Source of the DNA: Candidatus Hadarchaeota archaeon
GTDB taxonomy: Archaea; CAYQAE01; CAYVLA01
DNA length: 64,000 bases
NCBI GenBank assembly: GCA_964452145.1
Contig: CAYVLA010000006.1
Span: 19,876-83,875, forward strand
Direction of reading: 5' to 3'
Position numbers and translations under genes: made by a program. Numbering within the stretch: position 1 is the first letter of the stretch; every line of letters begins with the position of its first letter. This document shows, piece after piece, positions 10,788 through 20,186 of this stretch. Under the pieces are notes generated by a model, which had not been told where the DNA came from, ran no database searches, and saw nothing but the letters and a program-made list of their open reading frames with translations.

Positions 10788-10866
10788 AGACTGCAGACCG
10801 TTTCCGTACAGACGGAACCGCCAAAGCACTTTATATGATGCTGTTCGGGCAGGAAGCGGATCGGAG

Positions 10867-12852
10867 ATGGCCAATCCAAACCTGCGTTTCCGCCAGATAC
10901 ATCTGGACTTCCACACCAGCCAGCACATAGCCGGGGTCGGCGGCAAGTTCGATGGCGAGGAGTTCGCCTCGACCCTCGAGAAAGCCAGAGTGAACTCCGT
11001 TACCTGCTTTGCTCGCTGCCACCACGGGTACATCTATTTCTACACCAAGGAATTCCCAGAAAGGCGCCACCCCCGCCTCGCCTGCGACCTTCTGAGGGAA
11101 CAGATCCAGGCCTGCCACGATCACGGAATCCGGGTGCCGATCTACACCACCATCCAATGGGACCACTTCACAGCCGAGCAGCACCCTGAATGGCTCATCA
11201 TCACCCCGGATGGCAGGCAGGAGGGCACCCCTCCGTACGAGCCAGGCTTCTATAGGAGGCTTTGCCTCAACACTCCGTATGTCGAGTTCGTCAAGTCACA
11301 TGTCAAGGAGATCCTGAGAGAACTGCCCACGGACGGGTTCTTCTTCGACATAGTTCAGCCCCAAGATTGCTCGTGTCACCGCTGTCGAGAGGGCATGGTC
11401 GCAGAGGGCCTGGAGCCATCCGATCCATCGGCGAGGCGGCTCTATGGCCTCGGAGTCGTCAACGGGTTCAAGCGCGATCTGACAAGTCTCGTCATGCGGC
11501 ACGATCCGGATTGCACGATCTTCTACAACCGGGGACACGTCGGTCCACTGGAAAGGCAGACCCTGGATGCCTACACCCATTTCGAGTTGGAGTCCCTGCC
11601 GAGCGGCGGCTGGGGCTACATCCACTTCCCGGCCACGATCCGGTACGCCAGAAAGCTGGGCATCGACTGCCTAGGGATGACGGGGAAGTTCCACACCGCG
11701 TGGGGGGACTTCCACTCCTTCAAGAATAAGGCCGCGCTGGAGTTCGAATGCAGCCAGATGCTTGCCCTGAATGCGAAGTGCTCCATTGGCGACCAACTCC
11801 ATCCCGAGGGCAGGATCTGCCAGGCGACCTACCAGCTCATACGCTCTGTGTACTCGGAGATCGAGAGGAAGGAGCCCTGGTGCGACGGCGCAAGGCCCCT
11901 GAGCGAGATCGGCGTACTGCACCCCGAGGAGTTCAGCGAGACTCGAGGGTCACCTGAGGCGGCCATGGGGGCCACCCGCATGCTGCAGGAGGGATTCCAC
12001 CAGTTTGACCTCCTAGATTCGCGCAGCGATCTAGCAGGATACCGTCTTCTGGTTCTCCCAGATGAAATCCCGACATCCCCCGAGCTTGCTTCCAAGATCG
12101 AGGCTTACCTAGCCGGTGGCGGCGGGCTCATAGCATCCTACCGCTCGGGCCTGACTCTTGGAGGGACCGAGTTCTCCCTCAAATCGTTGGGAGTCGAACT
12201 CCTCGGACAGGCACCCTACAGCCCGGATTTCCTTCTGCCCGAAGGCGAGATAGCTGACGGACTGCCAACCACCGAGCACGTTATGTACCTGCGGGGTATG
12301 GAAACCGAACCGATGCAGGGCGCCCAGGTCCTAGCATATGTGATCGTGCCCTACTTCAACAGGACCTACAAGCACTTCTGTTCCCACCGCCATACACCTT
12401 CCTCAGGTGCACAGGGCTACCCTGGGATAGTGCGGAGCGGCCGAACCATTTACTTCGCCCATCCCATCTTCACCCAGTATAGGAGGAATGCCCCCTCTTG
12501 GTGCAAGAGGCTGTTCCTCAACGCCGTTGACCTTCTCATGCCAGATCCGCTGGTGCGCCTCAACGCACCGTCCACGACGCTAGCCGCCCTCAACGACCAG
12601 CGGGGTGCCAAGCGATTGATCCTTCATCTCCTCCACTACATCCCGGAGAGACGCGGCCAGGATCTGGACGTCATCGAAGACGTGATCCCCCTATACAATG
12701 TCAAGGCCTCGGTCAAGCTGGCCCGAAGGGTGGAGGAGGTCCTCTGTGTTCCCCAGATGGAGCGAGTGCCCTTCACCGAGCGCGATGGCAGAGTTGACTT
12801 CGTGGTGCCCAAGGTGAACGGGCACCAGATGATCTCCATGAACCTGCGATGA
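10867..12852 (+). CDS. GH151-like (GHL6) putative alpha-L-fucosidase with beta-galactosidase trimerisation-like domain
   Basis: FRQIHLDFHTS, VTCFARCHHG, ELESLPSGGWGY, GMTGKFHTAWGDF, SIGDQLHP and HFCSHRHTP. Confidence 0.85.
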   Translation: MANPNLRFRQIHLDFHTSQHIAGVGGKFDGEEFASTLEKARVNSVTCFARCHHGYIYFYTKEFPERRHPRLACDLLREQIQACHDHGIRVPIYTTIQWDHFTAEQHPEWLIITPDGRQEGTPPYEPGFYRRLCLNTPYVEFVKSHVKEILRELPTDGFFFDIVQPQDCSCHRCREGMVAEGLEPSDPSARRLYGLGVVNGFKRDLTSLVMRHDPDCTIFYNRGHVGPLERQTLDAYTHFELESLPSGGWGYIHFPATIRYARKLGIDCLGMTGKFHTAWGDFHSFKNKAALEFECSQMLALNAKCSIGDQLHPEGRICQATYQLIRSVYSEIERKEPWCDGARPLSEIGVLHPEEFSETRGSPEAAMGATRMLQEGFHQFDLLDSRSDLAGYRLLVLPDEIPTSPELASKIEAYLAGGGGLIASYRSGLTLGGTEFSLKSLGVELLGQAPYSPDFLLPEGEIADGLPTTEHVMYLRGMETEPMQGAQVLAYVIVPYFNRTYKHFCSHRHTPSSGAQGYPGIVRSGRTIYFAHPIFTQYRRNAPSWCKRLFLNAVDLLMPDPLVRLNAPSTTLAALNDQRGAKRLILHLLHYIPERRGQDLDVIEDVIPLYNVKASVKLARRVEEVLCVPQMERVPFTERDGRVDFVVPKVNGHQMISMNLR

Positions 12853-15455
12853 CACGGAGGGTCGAGATGAACGAATACGGCAAAGAAGATGACCTTGTTC
12901 GCGAGGGGTCGGCGGCATTCACGAGTGGTGTGATGGGAGTCCTAATCATCCTGGCCCGCGATGCTTCGGAGGTCGAAAGGAAAGCAGCTGAGATTCTGCA
13001 GATGCGCATCTCCAAGAGGGGCCCCGCCAAGGCTTTGATTCTAACAGAGCCATCACCGGAATCGCAACATGCCGATGAGTGCCACGATCTTGTCATATTC
13101 ATGGGATGCGCGCAGAGCCAGAGCACATTCGTTCACAGGGCACGAAGGGACGGGGTGGAGCCGCCTAAGCTGCCCGACTCGGACACGATCCATCCAGAAA
13201 GCTTCGCGATCAAGACCGAGTCCGGGCCAAAGCCTCAAGTCCTCATCATCTCATCCAATGGCCGGGGAGCAATCTTCGCGGTCGGGGCGCTGCTCAGGGC
13301 CGTGGCCTTCACTCCCCGAGGAATAAGCGTTCCACACATGGATCTCAGGGACAAGCCAAGCTTATGGCTCAGAGGAACGGAGGCGTCCGCCGGGGGCCCT
13401 CGGAGCGGCGCCAAGGAGACGGCCAAGCTTCGGCCCCAGACCCGGGATGAACTCCGAGAGACGATCGAGGATCTCATGCTTCTGGGAGGCAACGTTTTCC
13501 AGGGGGAGGAGGAACTCGTGCGAGCCTGCGGCATGATGACATACGGGGGCTGCGTGGCCAACGCTCTGCAGGCACCCTTCCCCCAGGAGTGGGCCGCTAC
13601 CCCATCGGACAGCCTTCACGTGAAGGTGAGCGCATACTTCAGGAAGAGCTTCGTCTGTCCCTCGATCCCGGAGGCACGCAAGGCCCTCCTTGACCGATAC
13701 GAGACCATCTTCGCACACTCGCCGCCCTACGATTTCTTCGTCACGAACTCGGGCGATGTCGGAGGGTGCACATGTAGCGGGTGCATGCCTTGGGGCAGGA
13801 CCTACATAAAGCTCGTTCACGAGATGGCAGGAATCCTCCACAAGCACAGGCCCGAGTGCAGGCTTATGGCCACCAACCAGAACCTCACGAACGAGGGCAA
13901 CCAGGCCATCCTCGACTACCTCAACGAGAAGCAAGACTCCCGCTGGCTGTTCGCCATCCGCTACGGCCCAGGCGGAAACGAGATGGACACCTACAACCGG
14001 GGCCCTGTCAATCCGAAGTGGTTCGAGTACGAAGGCTTCGGGCCTGTGGGCCACTACCTTGAGTACATCCATCACCAACTGCCCGGAACGACGGAGATAG
14101 CCCTCTTCAGCGACGTGACCCACTGGATACTGTCACAGTACGGCGTCCAGAGGCCCGATCCCGCCTTCGCAGCGATCTACGGGAGGCGGTCCTGGAACGC
14201 CAGGCCACGCCACTACCACAGGATCGCGACGGAGACCTTTCACTACGCACTGGGGGACATGTTCTACAGCGAGGGCATGCACGACGACTTCAACAAGTGG
14301 CTCTGGCTCCGCCTCCTCTGGAATCCCCGCCTCTCATGCGAGGAGGTGACCGGGGAGTACTGTCGCTACTGGTTCGGGCGCGACGCCGAGGACGAGATGG
14401 TTCAGGCCATCTTTACGATGGAGGAGAATCTCGAAAAGCCGGTTCTGGGCAATCCCGGAATCGCCAGGGCGGTCGAGATCCTCCGATCCGCCAAGAGCCG
14501 CATACCTCCGAACCTCTTGAAGGTGGACTATCGGTGGAACATAGCCATGCAGAAAGCCCTCCTAGACCGTTACATCCAGCTGTGGCTCGAAAGGGGAGAT
14601 AAGATCAAGCGGGACGCCTCCGCGGTCCTTGCCCGGGTCGCAACCTCTGCTCGGCCGAGGCGGGAGATCATGCATGCCCTCAGAATCCTTCGCCAGCCAC
14701 AAGAAGATCTGGGGATGCGGGCCATCAGGGAGAAGGTGAGAGCCCTAGGCGAGCGATCCAACGAGACCATAGGGTACAGGGAGCCGGGCTACTTCGTCGC
14801 AAACGAGTACGACATCACCGAGATCGGCTGGTGGATCAAGACCCTACAGGAAGCTACTACAGAAACCGACGAGGCGATGAGGAACGCGGCCAGGATGGTT
14901 CTTGCCTACGAGGACCCGGGCCAGGGGGGCAGGTACGAAAGGCTGGGTTGGCCTTGGGGCTCAGGCCATCTTCTGGAGGAAAACGACATCATCGGCTTCT
15001 TCCCCTTCACGGGGCCCGCCCGCCTTGCGAGCTTCGGGATGGCCTATTCTTGGGGAAGACCGGATGCCCACCTCACCTTCGTCTACGGGGGCTTGGATCC
15101 CGAGGTCCAGTACTGCCTGCGCCTCTCCGTCGGCTTCCACTGCGACGAACTGAAGCAGATCCTTGGGCAGGGCTTGCTTCAGACCCTTGAGGTCAACGGG
15201 GTAGTGATAGGCAGGGAAGTGCCCCTGCCTTTGGGCGGCGCGAGGCTCTGCGAGTTCACCCTTCCGGCCGGCCTAGCTAGGGATGGTAGGCTGACCGTCG
15301 TTCTGCGCAGCGAAAGCAGTCATTTCCACATGGTGGGCGCGTCCGAGATCTGGTTGATGCACAAGGACAGGATGCCTTGGACCACGAACTGGTCCCGACA
15401 GGTCGCTCTCACCCGGCGGAGCTCCAAGCATGCCCAAAGGAGAGAAGATCCGTGA
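12849..15455 (+). CDS. Large hypothetical protein, probable glycoside hydrolase (GH20/GH67-type N-terminal domain plus barrel)
   Basis: Start overlaps the previous stop (ATGA). ESFAIK...GRGAIFAVGALLR...DKPSLWLRG resembles the GH20b/GH67 N-domain. Contains GDVGGCTCSGC. Confidence 0.6.
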   Translation: MTRRVEMNEYGKEDDLVREGSAAFTSGVMGVLIILARDASEVERKAAEILQMRISKRGPAKALILTEPSPESQHADECHDLVIFMGCAQSQSTFVHRARRDGVEPPKLPDSDTIHPESFAIKTESGPKPQVLIISSNGRGAIFAVGALLRAVAFTPRGISVPHMDLRDKPSLWLRGTEASAGGPRSGAKETAKLRPQTRDELRETIEDLMLLGGNVFQGEEELVRACGMMTYGGCVANALQAPFPQEWAATPSDSLHVKVSAYFRKSFVCPSIPEARKALLDRYETIFAHSPPYDFFVTNSGDVGGCTCSGCMPWGRTYIKLVHEMAGILHKHRPECRLMATNQNLTNEGNQAILDYLNEKQDSRWLFAIRYGPGGNEMDTYNRGPVNPKWFEYEGFGPVGHYLEYIHHQLPGTTEIALFSDVTHWILSQYGVQRPDPAFAAIYGRRSWNARPRHYHRIATETFHYALGDMFYSEGMHDDFNKWLWLRLLWNPRLSCEEVTGEYCRYWFGRDAEDEMVQAIFTMEENLEKPVLGNPGIARAVEILRSAKSRIPPNLLKVDYRWNIAMQKALLDRYIQLWLERGDKIKRDASAVLARVATSARPRREIMHALRILRQPQEDLGMRAIREKVRALGERSNETIGYREPGYFVANEYDITEIGWWIKTLQEATTETDEAMRNAARMVLAYEDPGQGGRYERLGWPWGSGHLLEENDIIGFFPFTGPARLASFGMAYSWGRPDAHLTFVYGGLDPEVQYCLRLSVGFHCDELKQILGQGLLQTLEVNGVVIGREVPLPLGGARLCEFTLPAGLARDGRLTVVLRSESSHFHMVGASEIWLMHKDRMPWTTNWSRQVALTRRSSKHAQRREDP

Positions 15456-15645
15456 CCCGGAAGCGAACTGGCGCCAGCTCGAAAGATTCTTACACGCAGT
15501 CATTCGAGGGTGTACAGGAGTTGGTTGCAGGTTGAGCTCCCAAGAAGAAAGCGAGGCCGAGGCAAGGCCGCCTTCGCGGAGAGGAGACAGCGAGACGACA
15601 ACCGGCCTGGACGCGTGCATCATCAGGCTAGGCAGGGGAGAGAGG

Positions 15646-15975
15646 GTGAGCGCCGAGCTGGCTGGCACGCTGGATGAGGTCGACGTACGCTCGATCCACA
15701 TCTACAAGCTTTCCCCGGACAACCCTGCGGGCCTTCATTACCACGACTTCGACGAGTACTGGCTATTCATCGAGGGGACCACCACGGTCACTCTGCGATC
15801 AGAGGACGGAACGACCAGGCACTACCAGGCGGGGGCCGGCGACCTGATCGCCACGCCCAGAGGGGTGGAACACGGCCATGCGCCGCGAACCCTCACAAGA
15901 TACATACAGTTTTCCAGCAAGATCAAGCCAGGCTCCCGTCAGGGCCACCTGCAGCGCGGGAAAGCTAGTGCCTGA
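15646..15975 (+). CDS. Cupin domain protein
   Basis: LHYHDFDEYW and GDLIATPRGVEHG cupin motifs. GTG at 15646 follows a purine-rich RBS. Confidence 0.8.
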   Translation: MSAELAGTLDEVDVRSIHIYKLSPDNPAGLHYHDFDEYWLFIEGTTTVTLRSEDGTTRHYQAGAGDLIATPRGVEHGHAPRTLTRYIQFSSKIKPGSRQGHLQRGKASA

Positions 15976-16020
15976 GGTGCAGGTCTCGGCCCAACACAGC
16001 GAGGATCAGGATCTGGTCGT

Positions 16021-17367
16021 ATGGCAATCGAAATGCCCAACGTCCTCTTCGTCTTCGGTGATCAGTGGAGGGCCCAGGCAACGGGTTATGCAGGCGATCC
16101 CAACGTCAAGACGCCTAATCTCGACCTGCTTGCAGGCGAAAGCATCAGCTTCACCAACGCCGTCATGGGCTGCCCAGTCTGCAGCCCAGCCAGGGCCTCC
16201 ATGATCACGGGTAGGTACCCGCTTACCCATGGGGTTTTCATGAACGACCTTCACCTTCGCCACGAGGCGGTGTCAATTGCCGATGCCTTCAACGCTGCCG
16301 GTTACGACACAGCCTACATTGGCAAATGGCACCTCGACGGACACGGCCGCTCCACGTTCATCCCACCCGAGAGACGCCAGGGATTCAGCTTCTGGAGGGC
16401 AATGGAATGCACCCACAACTACAACGAGTCGTACTACTATGCGGATGGACCCACCAAGCTGAAGTGGAATGGCTATGACGTCATGGCACAGACCCAGGAG
16501 GCACGGCGGTATCTGGAGGAACACGGATCCGACAGGCCGTTTCTGCTCTTCCTGTCATGGGGACCGCCCCACAATCCGTACCACACGGCCCCCGAGGAGT
16601 ATCGAGCGATGTATCAAGCGGATTCGCTAGAGCTGAGGCCAAACGTTCCCGAGGAATCCCAGACAACCGCGAGGCGGGATCTGGCAGGTTACTATGCCCA
16701 CATCTCCGCGATGGATCACTGCATCGGCGTGCTGACGGAGTCCCTGAAGGCGAACGATCTGGACATGGACACCATACTTGTCTTCACCTCCGACCACGGG
16801 GATATGCATGGGTCGCAGGGGTGCTGGAGGAAGCAGCACCCGTACGACGAGTCCATTCTGGTTCCGTTTCTGCTCCGCTACCCGGCGGAGTTCGGCAGAA
16901 AGGGACGGAGGGTGAACACCCCCATCAATGCACCGGACATGATGCCAACCCTGCTTGGCCTCTGCGGAGTGGACATCCCCGCAACGGTGGAAGGATCGGA
17001 TTACTCACCCCTCTTGAGGGGCGAGAAGGACCCGGGAAGCACTGCGGCGCTGATCGCGGCCTATGCTCCCTTCGGGGAATGGTTGAAGAGGGGCGGTGCG
17101 GCCGAGTACAGGGGAATCAGAACTGAGCGCTACACGTATGTCCGGACCCTGAGGAGCCCCTGGCTTCTGTACGACAATGAGAAGGATCCCTATCAGATGA
17201 TGAACCTCTGCGGGGATCCTGCCTACGCGAAGGCTCGCGATCAGCTGGAGAGGGCTCTGGGAGAAGCACTCGGGAAGACCCGGGATGCGTTTCTCCCTTC
17301 CGAGACCTTGATCAGAAGATACGGAATCGTGGTCGACAAGTCGGGCACCGTGCCATACACCCAGTAG
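16021..17367 (+). CDS. Sulfatase (Cys-type)
   Basis: PNVLFVFGDQWR, CSPARASMITG, GKWHL and FTSDHG. Confidence 0.95.
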   Translation: MAIEMPNVLFVFGDQWRAQATGYAGDPNVKTPNLDLLAGESISFTNAVMGCPVCSPARASMITGRYPLTHGVFMNDLHLRHEAVSIADAFNAAGYDTAYIGKWHLDGHGRSTFIPPERRQGFSFWRAMECTHNYNESYYYADGPTKLKWNGYDVMAQTQEARRYLEEHGSDRPFLLFLSWGPPHNPYHTAPEEYRAMYQADSLELRPNVPEESQTTARRDLAGYYAHISAMDHCIGVLTESLKANDLDMDTILVFTSDHGDMHGSQGCWRKQHPYDESILVPFLLRYPAEFGRKGRRVNTPINAPDMMPTLLGLCGVDIPATVEGSDYSPLLRGEKDPGSTAALIAAYAPFGEWLKRGGAAEYRGIRTERYTYVRTLRSPWLLYDNEKDPYQMMNLCGDPAYAKARDQLERALGEALGKTRDAFLPSETLIRRYGIVVDKSGTVPYTQ

Positions 17368-17424
17368 GTAGAACCATGAGACGGCCAGGCCAAGATTTAT
17401 CTTCAAAGAGAACCGCTGCCCGCC

Positions 17425-18534
17425 ATGCCCGCTCAGGATTTGACGGTGAGCCTGGCCAGGATCCCGGTACCAGGGGCCCTTGAGGTCGTCTCCCTGGTCT
17501 CGCATCCGGGGGGATCCATCTTCGGTGGGGTGACCGGGGCCAAAGACCACCTCTTCTTCGAATACGATCCACGGTCGGGGCGCACCCGAGACCTCGGCAA
17601 TCTCGTGCGCTCGGGCACCCAGATCGTGAGGCGGAACGGCAAAGCCGTCGAGCAGAAGATCCACAAATCCCTAAGCATAGCCCCAAACGGACTGATAGTC
17701 GGCGCCACCGGTCAGAACATCGTCGTCATGGATCCCGACTACAGGATGGATGATGACGAGGGAGGCCACGTTTTCTCCTACGACGTAGGGACCGGCAGGT
17801 GCATGGACATTTGCATACCGGTGCCACACGAATGGATAATCAACTGCACCATATCCCAAGACGCCAGGTATGCCTACGGCATGACCTATCCCCTGAACCA
17901 CGTCTGGCAGGTGGATCTCAGGACCGGGGAAGGACGGACCCTGGGACAGGTCCACGGACAGACTGTCGGCGACAGCGCCTGCAGCCACGAGTCCCTCTGC
18001 GATCTGGACGGCAGGCTATATGGCTCGTGCTGGAGGGGCCAGATATTCAGATATGACCCTGAGGAGGATGAGCTTGAGGAGACGGATGCATGTCTCCCAG
18101 GGGGCGACCTGCGAATCGATTCCCTGGCTCTGGAGAAGGAGACGGGCATGATATTCGGAGGAACTTGGGAGGGGGGCCACCTGTTCCGGCTGGACCCTGG
18201 GGACATGTCCGTGGAACTGCTATGTACGCCTCACGCCGGCCCCAGGCTTCCCGCCCTCAAGTTCGGGGCAAACGGGATCCTGTACGGAGCCGCGGGAGGT
18301 GGCCACCAGTATGGGACGCGCTCGGCCTTCCTTTTCTCCTACGATCCTCGGTCCCGGCAGATGACGGAGATCGGGGACATCGCGACGCCCGACGGCATCC
18401 GGGGAGAGAGGATGCACACGATGGCGATCGATCGCCACGGCTCCATCTACCTGGGGGAGACGGGCATCACTTCCGGCCAGGCGGGCGAAGTGGGCTTCAA
18501 CCCCTACGTCTTCATATGCAGTGTTGAGGACTAG
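17425..18534 (+). CDS. Hypothetical beta-propeller protein
   Basis: Repeated (L/F)F-x-YDP and IFGG/LYG blade motifs. TTTATC box 29 nt upstream of the ATG. Confidence 0.7.
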   Translation: MPAQDLTVSLARIPVPGALEVVSLVSHPGGSIFGGVTGAKDHLFFEYDPRSGRTRDLGNLVRSGTQIVRRNGKAVEQKIHKSLSIAPNGLIVGATGQNIVVMDPDYRMDDDEGGHVFSYDVGTGRCMDICIPVPHEWIINCTISQDARYAYGMTYPLNHVWQVDLRTGEGRTLGQVHGQTVGDSACSHESLCDLDGRLYGSCWRGQIFRYDPEEDELEETDACLPGGDLRIDSLALEKETGMIFGGTWEGGHLFRLDPGDMSVELLCTPHAGPRLPALKFGANGILYGAAGGGHQYGTRSAFLFSYDPRSRQMTEIGDIATPDGIRGERMHTMAIDRHGSIYLGETGITSGQAGEVGFNPYVFICSVED

Positions 18535-18572
18535 ATGCCCTAGCTGCCACTCCAAGGAGACCATCTGACGCT

Positions 18573-18836
18573 CTAGGCACCCCCGCCCTCAACCTCGATC
18601 TCCAGTGACGGGGCCTCTGCCTCCTCTGCGCCGTCCTCCTCGACCCACCGGCACCAGGCCTCGGCCCACTCGCTCTCCCTCTTCAGTTTTTCCTGATAGT
18701 CCTCCATGGAGACGAACTTGGTCCCACAGACGTTGCATATCCATTCACGATTCCCGTCAATGAAGGCCGGGTTCTTCCCCAAGATGGTTCCCCCGCACCC
18801 TATCCACGGACATACCATATTCTCTAACCTAGGCAT
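18573..18836 (-). CDS. Small zinc-ribbon-like protein with acidic C-terminus
   Basis: CPWIGC...CNVC pairs; AGGTGA RBS directly before the ATG at 18836. Confidence 0.65.
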   Translation of the reverse strand: MPRLENMVCPWIGCGGTILGKNPAFIDGNREWICNVCGTKFVSMEDYQEKLKRESEWAEAWCRWVEEDGAEEAEAPSLEIEVEGGGA

Positions 18837-18988
18837 CTCTTTCACCTGCATATCTTCCTATGCGGAGATCGCTCCCTTCACGGGATCTCCTTTTCGGATC
18901 ATCAGGTCCCTATCGAAGGCCGGGCCCAGTCGGACCGGCAAAGAAGACAGGCGGCCTTCCCCCTTGCTTATCTATTGGGATTCATCAC

Positions 18989-19027
18989 TAAAAAACCTTA
19001 CTGACATGATATCACATCACATCATGT
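18989..19027 (-). promoter_or_regulatory. Putative TATA-like box plus inverted-repeat operator upstream of the zinc-ribbon gene
   Basis: TTTTTTA on the minus strand at 18995-18989; ACATGAT-N10-ATCATGT at 19004-19027. Confidence 0.4.
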
Positions 19028-19186
19028 TCCATGTTTCAGTAAACCCCTCTCTTGGGGCCTACACAGCCCTGGCCCAGATCGCGGCAAGGAGATTGGAAGC
19101 AGAAGCCTTGTCTTGCGCGGGGCCTGGCAATGTCATGCAAGAACCGCCCCGGGTAGTCGAATCCCCCCAAGCAGGACTTCGCTTCG

Positions 19187-19966
19187 ATGCTCGTCAGGCC
19201 TTGGAAGAAGATATCAACAGGCAGTTCCCCCAGCCCACCATTGGCTAGGAAGGAAGCCGCTGACATCAGGCGGATAGTCGCCCAAGTCTGCACGGCGAAG
19301 TGTCTGGAAGCATGCCCCTCAGTTTCGGCGGTATACCTGTCCGGGAGCTTGGCACGGGGCGATTGGGTTGCGGGCTTCAGCGACGTGGACCTAGTCGTCC
19401 TAGGTGAGAGGGTCCATGTGGGCGACGTTCAACGACTGAAGAAGCTGTTGGAGGAGACGCTGGGGGGAGTCAGCGTGTCGATCGTGCCGAGGGATCTGGC
19501 GGGTGCGGACAGGATCGAAACCTACCTGCTTGCGTGCGACAGCTCTCTGCTTGTAGGCGAGGACCTATTGGGCCACCCGGCAAGACCGGGTGAAGCCGAG
19601 ATCCGAGAACACGGCAGGATGCTGCTCAAACAGCAGATCGAGGACTGGATTCGTTTCAGGGATTCCCGGAAAGATTCAGAACGCAGCGAGGATGCATCCA
19701 GCACGGTCTACATGGTGCTGAAGCTTGGCCAAGCAGCTCTGCTTTCCAGAGGTCGCATATGCTTCGGCTCCAAGGAGATCCTGAACGAATTCCGCCAGCA
19801 TTTTGCGGGTGATCTGGTCTCCTACGTGAAGGAAGCATACGAGCTGAGATCACACTGGCCAGATGTCAGGACGGACAGGAAGCGGCTGCAAGCATTCTCC
19901 AAGGGTGCGGTGAGGTTCGCCTACCTCCTGAAGAAGGAACTTGAGCATAAGGAGGTCCTTCCATAG
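19187..19966 (+). CDS. Pol-beta superfamily nucleotidyltransferase with helical (HEPN/DUF4111-like) C-domain
   Basis: VYLSGSLARGDWVAGFSDVDL signature. The start may be TTG at 19241. Confidence 0.8.
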   Translation: MLVRPWKKISTGSSPSPPLARKEAADIRRIVAQVCTAKCLEACPSVSAVYLSGSLARGDWVAGFSDVDLVVLGERVHVGDVQRLKKLLEETLGGVSVSIVPRDLAGADRIETYLLACDSSLLVGEDLLGHPARPGEAEIREHGRMLLKQQIEDWIRFRDSRKDSERSEDASSTVYMVLKLGQAALLSRGRICFGSKEILNEFRQHFAGDLVSYVKEAYELRSHWPDVRTDRKRLQAFSKGAVRFAYLLKKELEHKEVLP

Positions 19967-20186
19967 GATCGGCGGAAACAGGATCCGACCCTGCAGCTAA
20001 TAGGGACTTGCCGGTTCGCCGGCGATGGCCAGACATCGGCCACAAGGCCCGATAGAGCTGGAGGCGATCTGCCGGCTGATGGCACCAAGGCGGGGAGGCA
20101 ATATTCTTGAACCGCAACACGGCAGACCCAGGGATTCTGCACGCAAAATCCAGCCTTGCACCGAAACCAAGGAAGGGAGCCATCTC

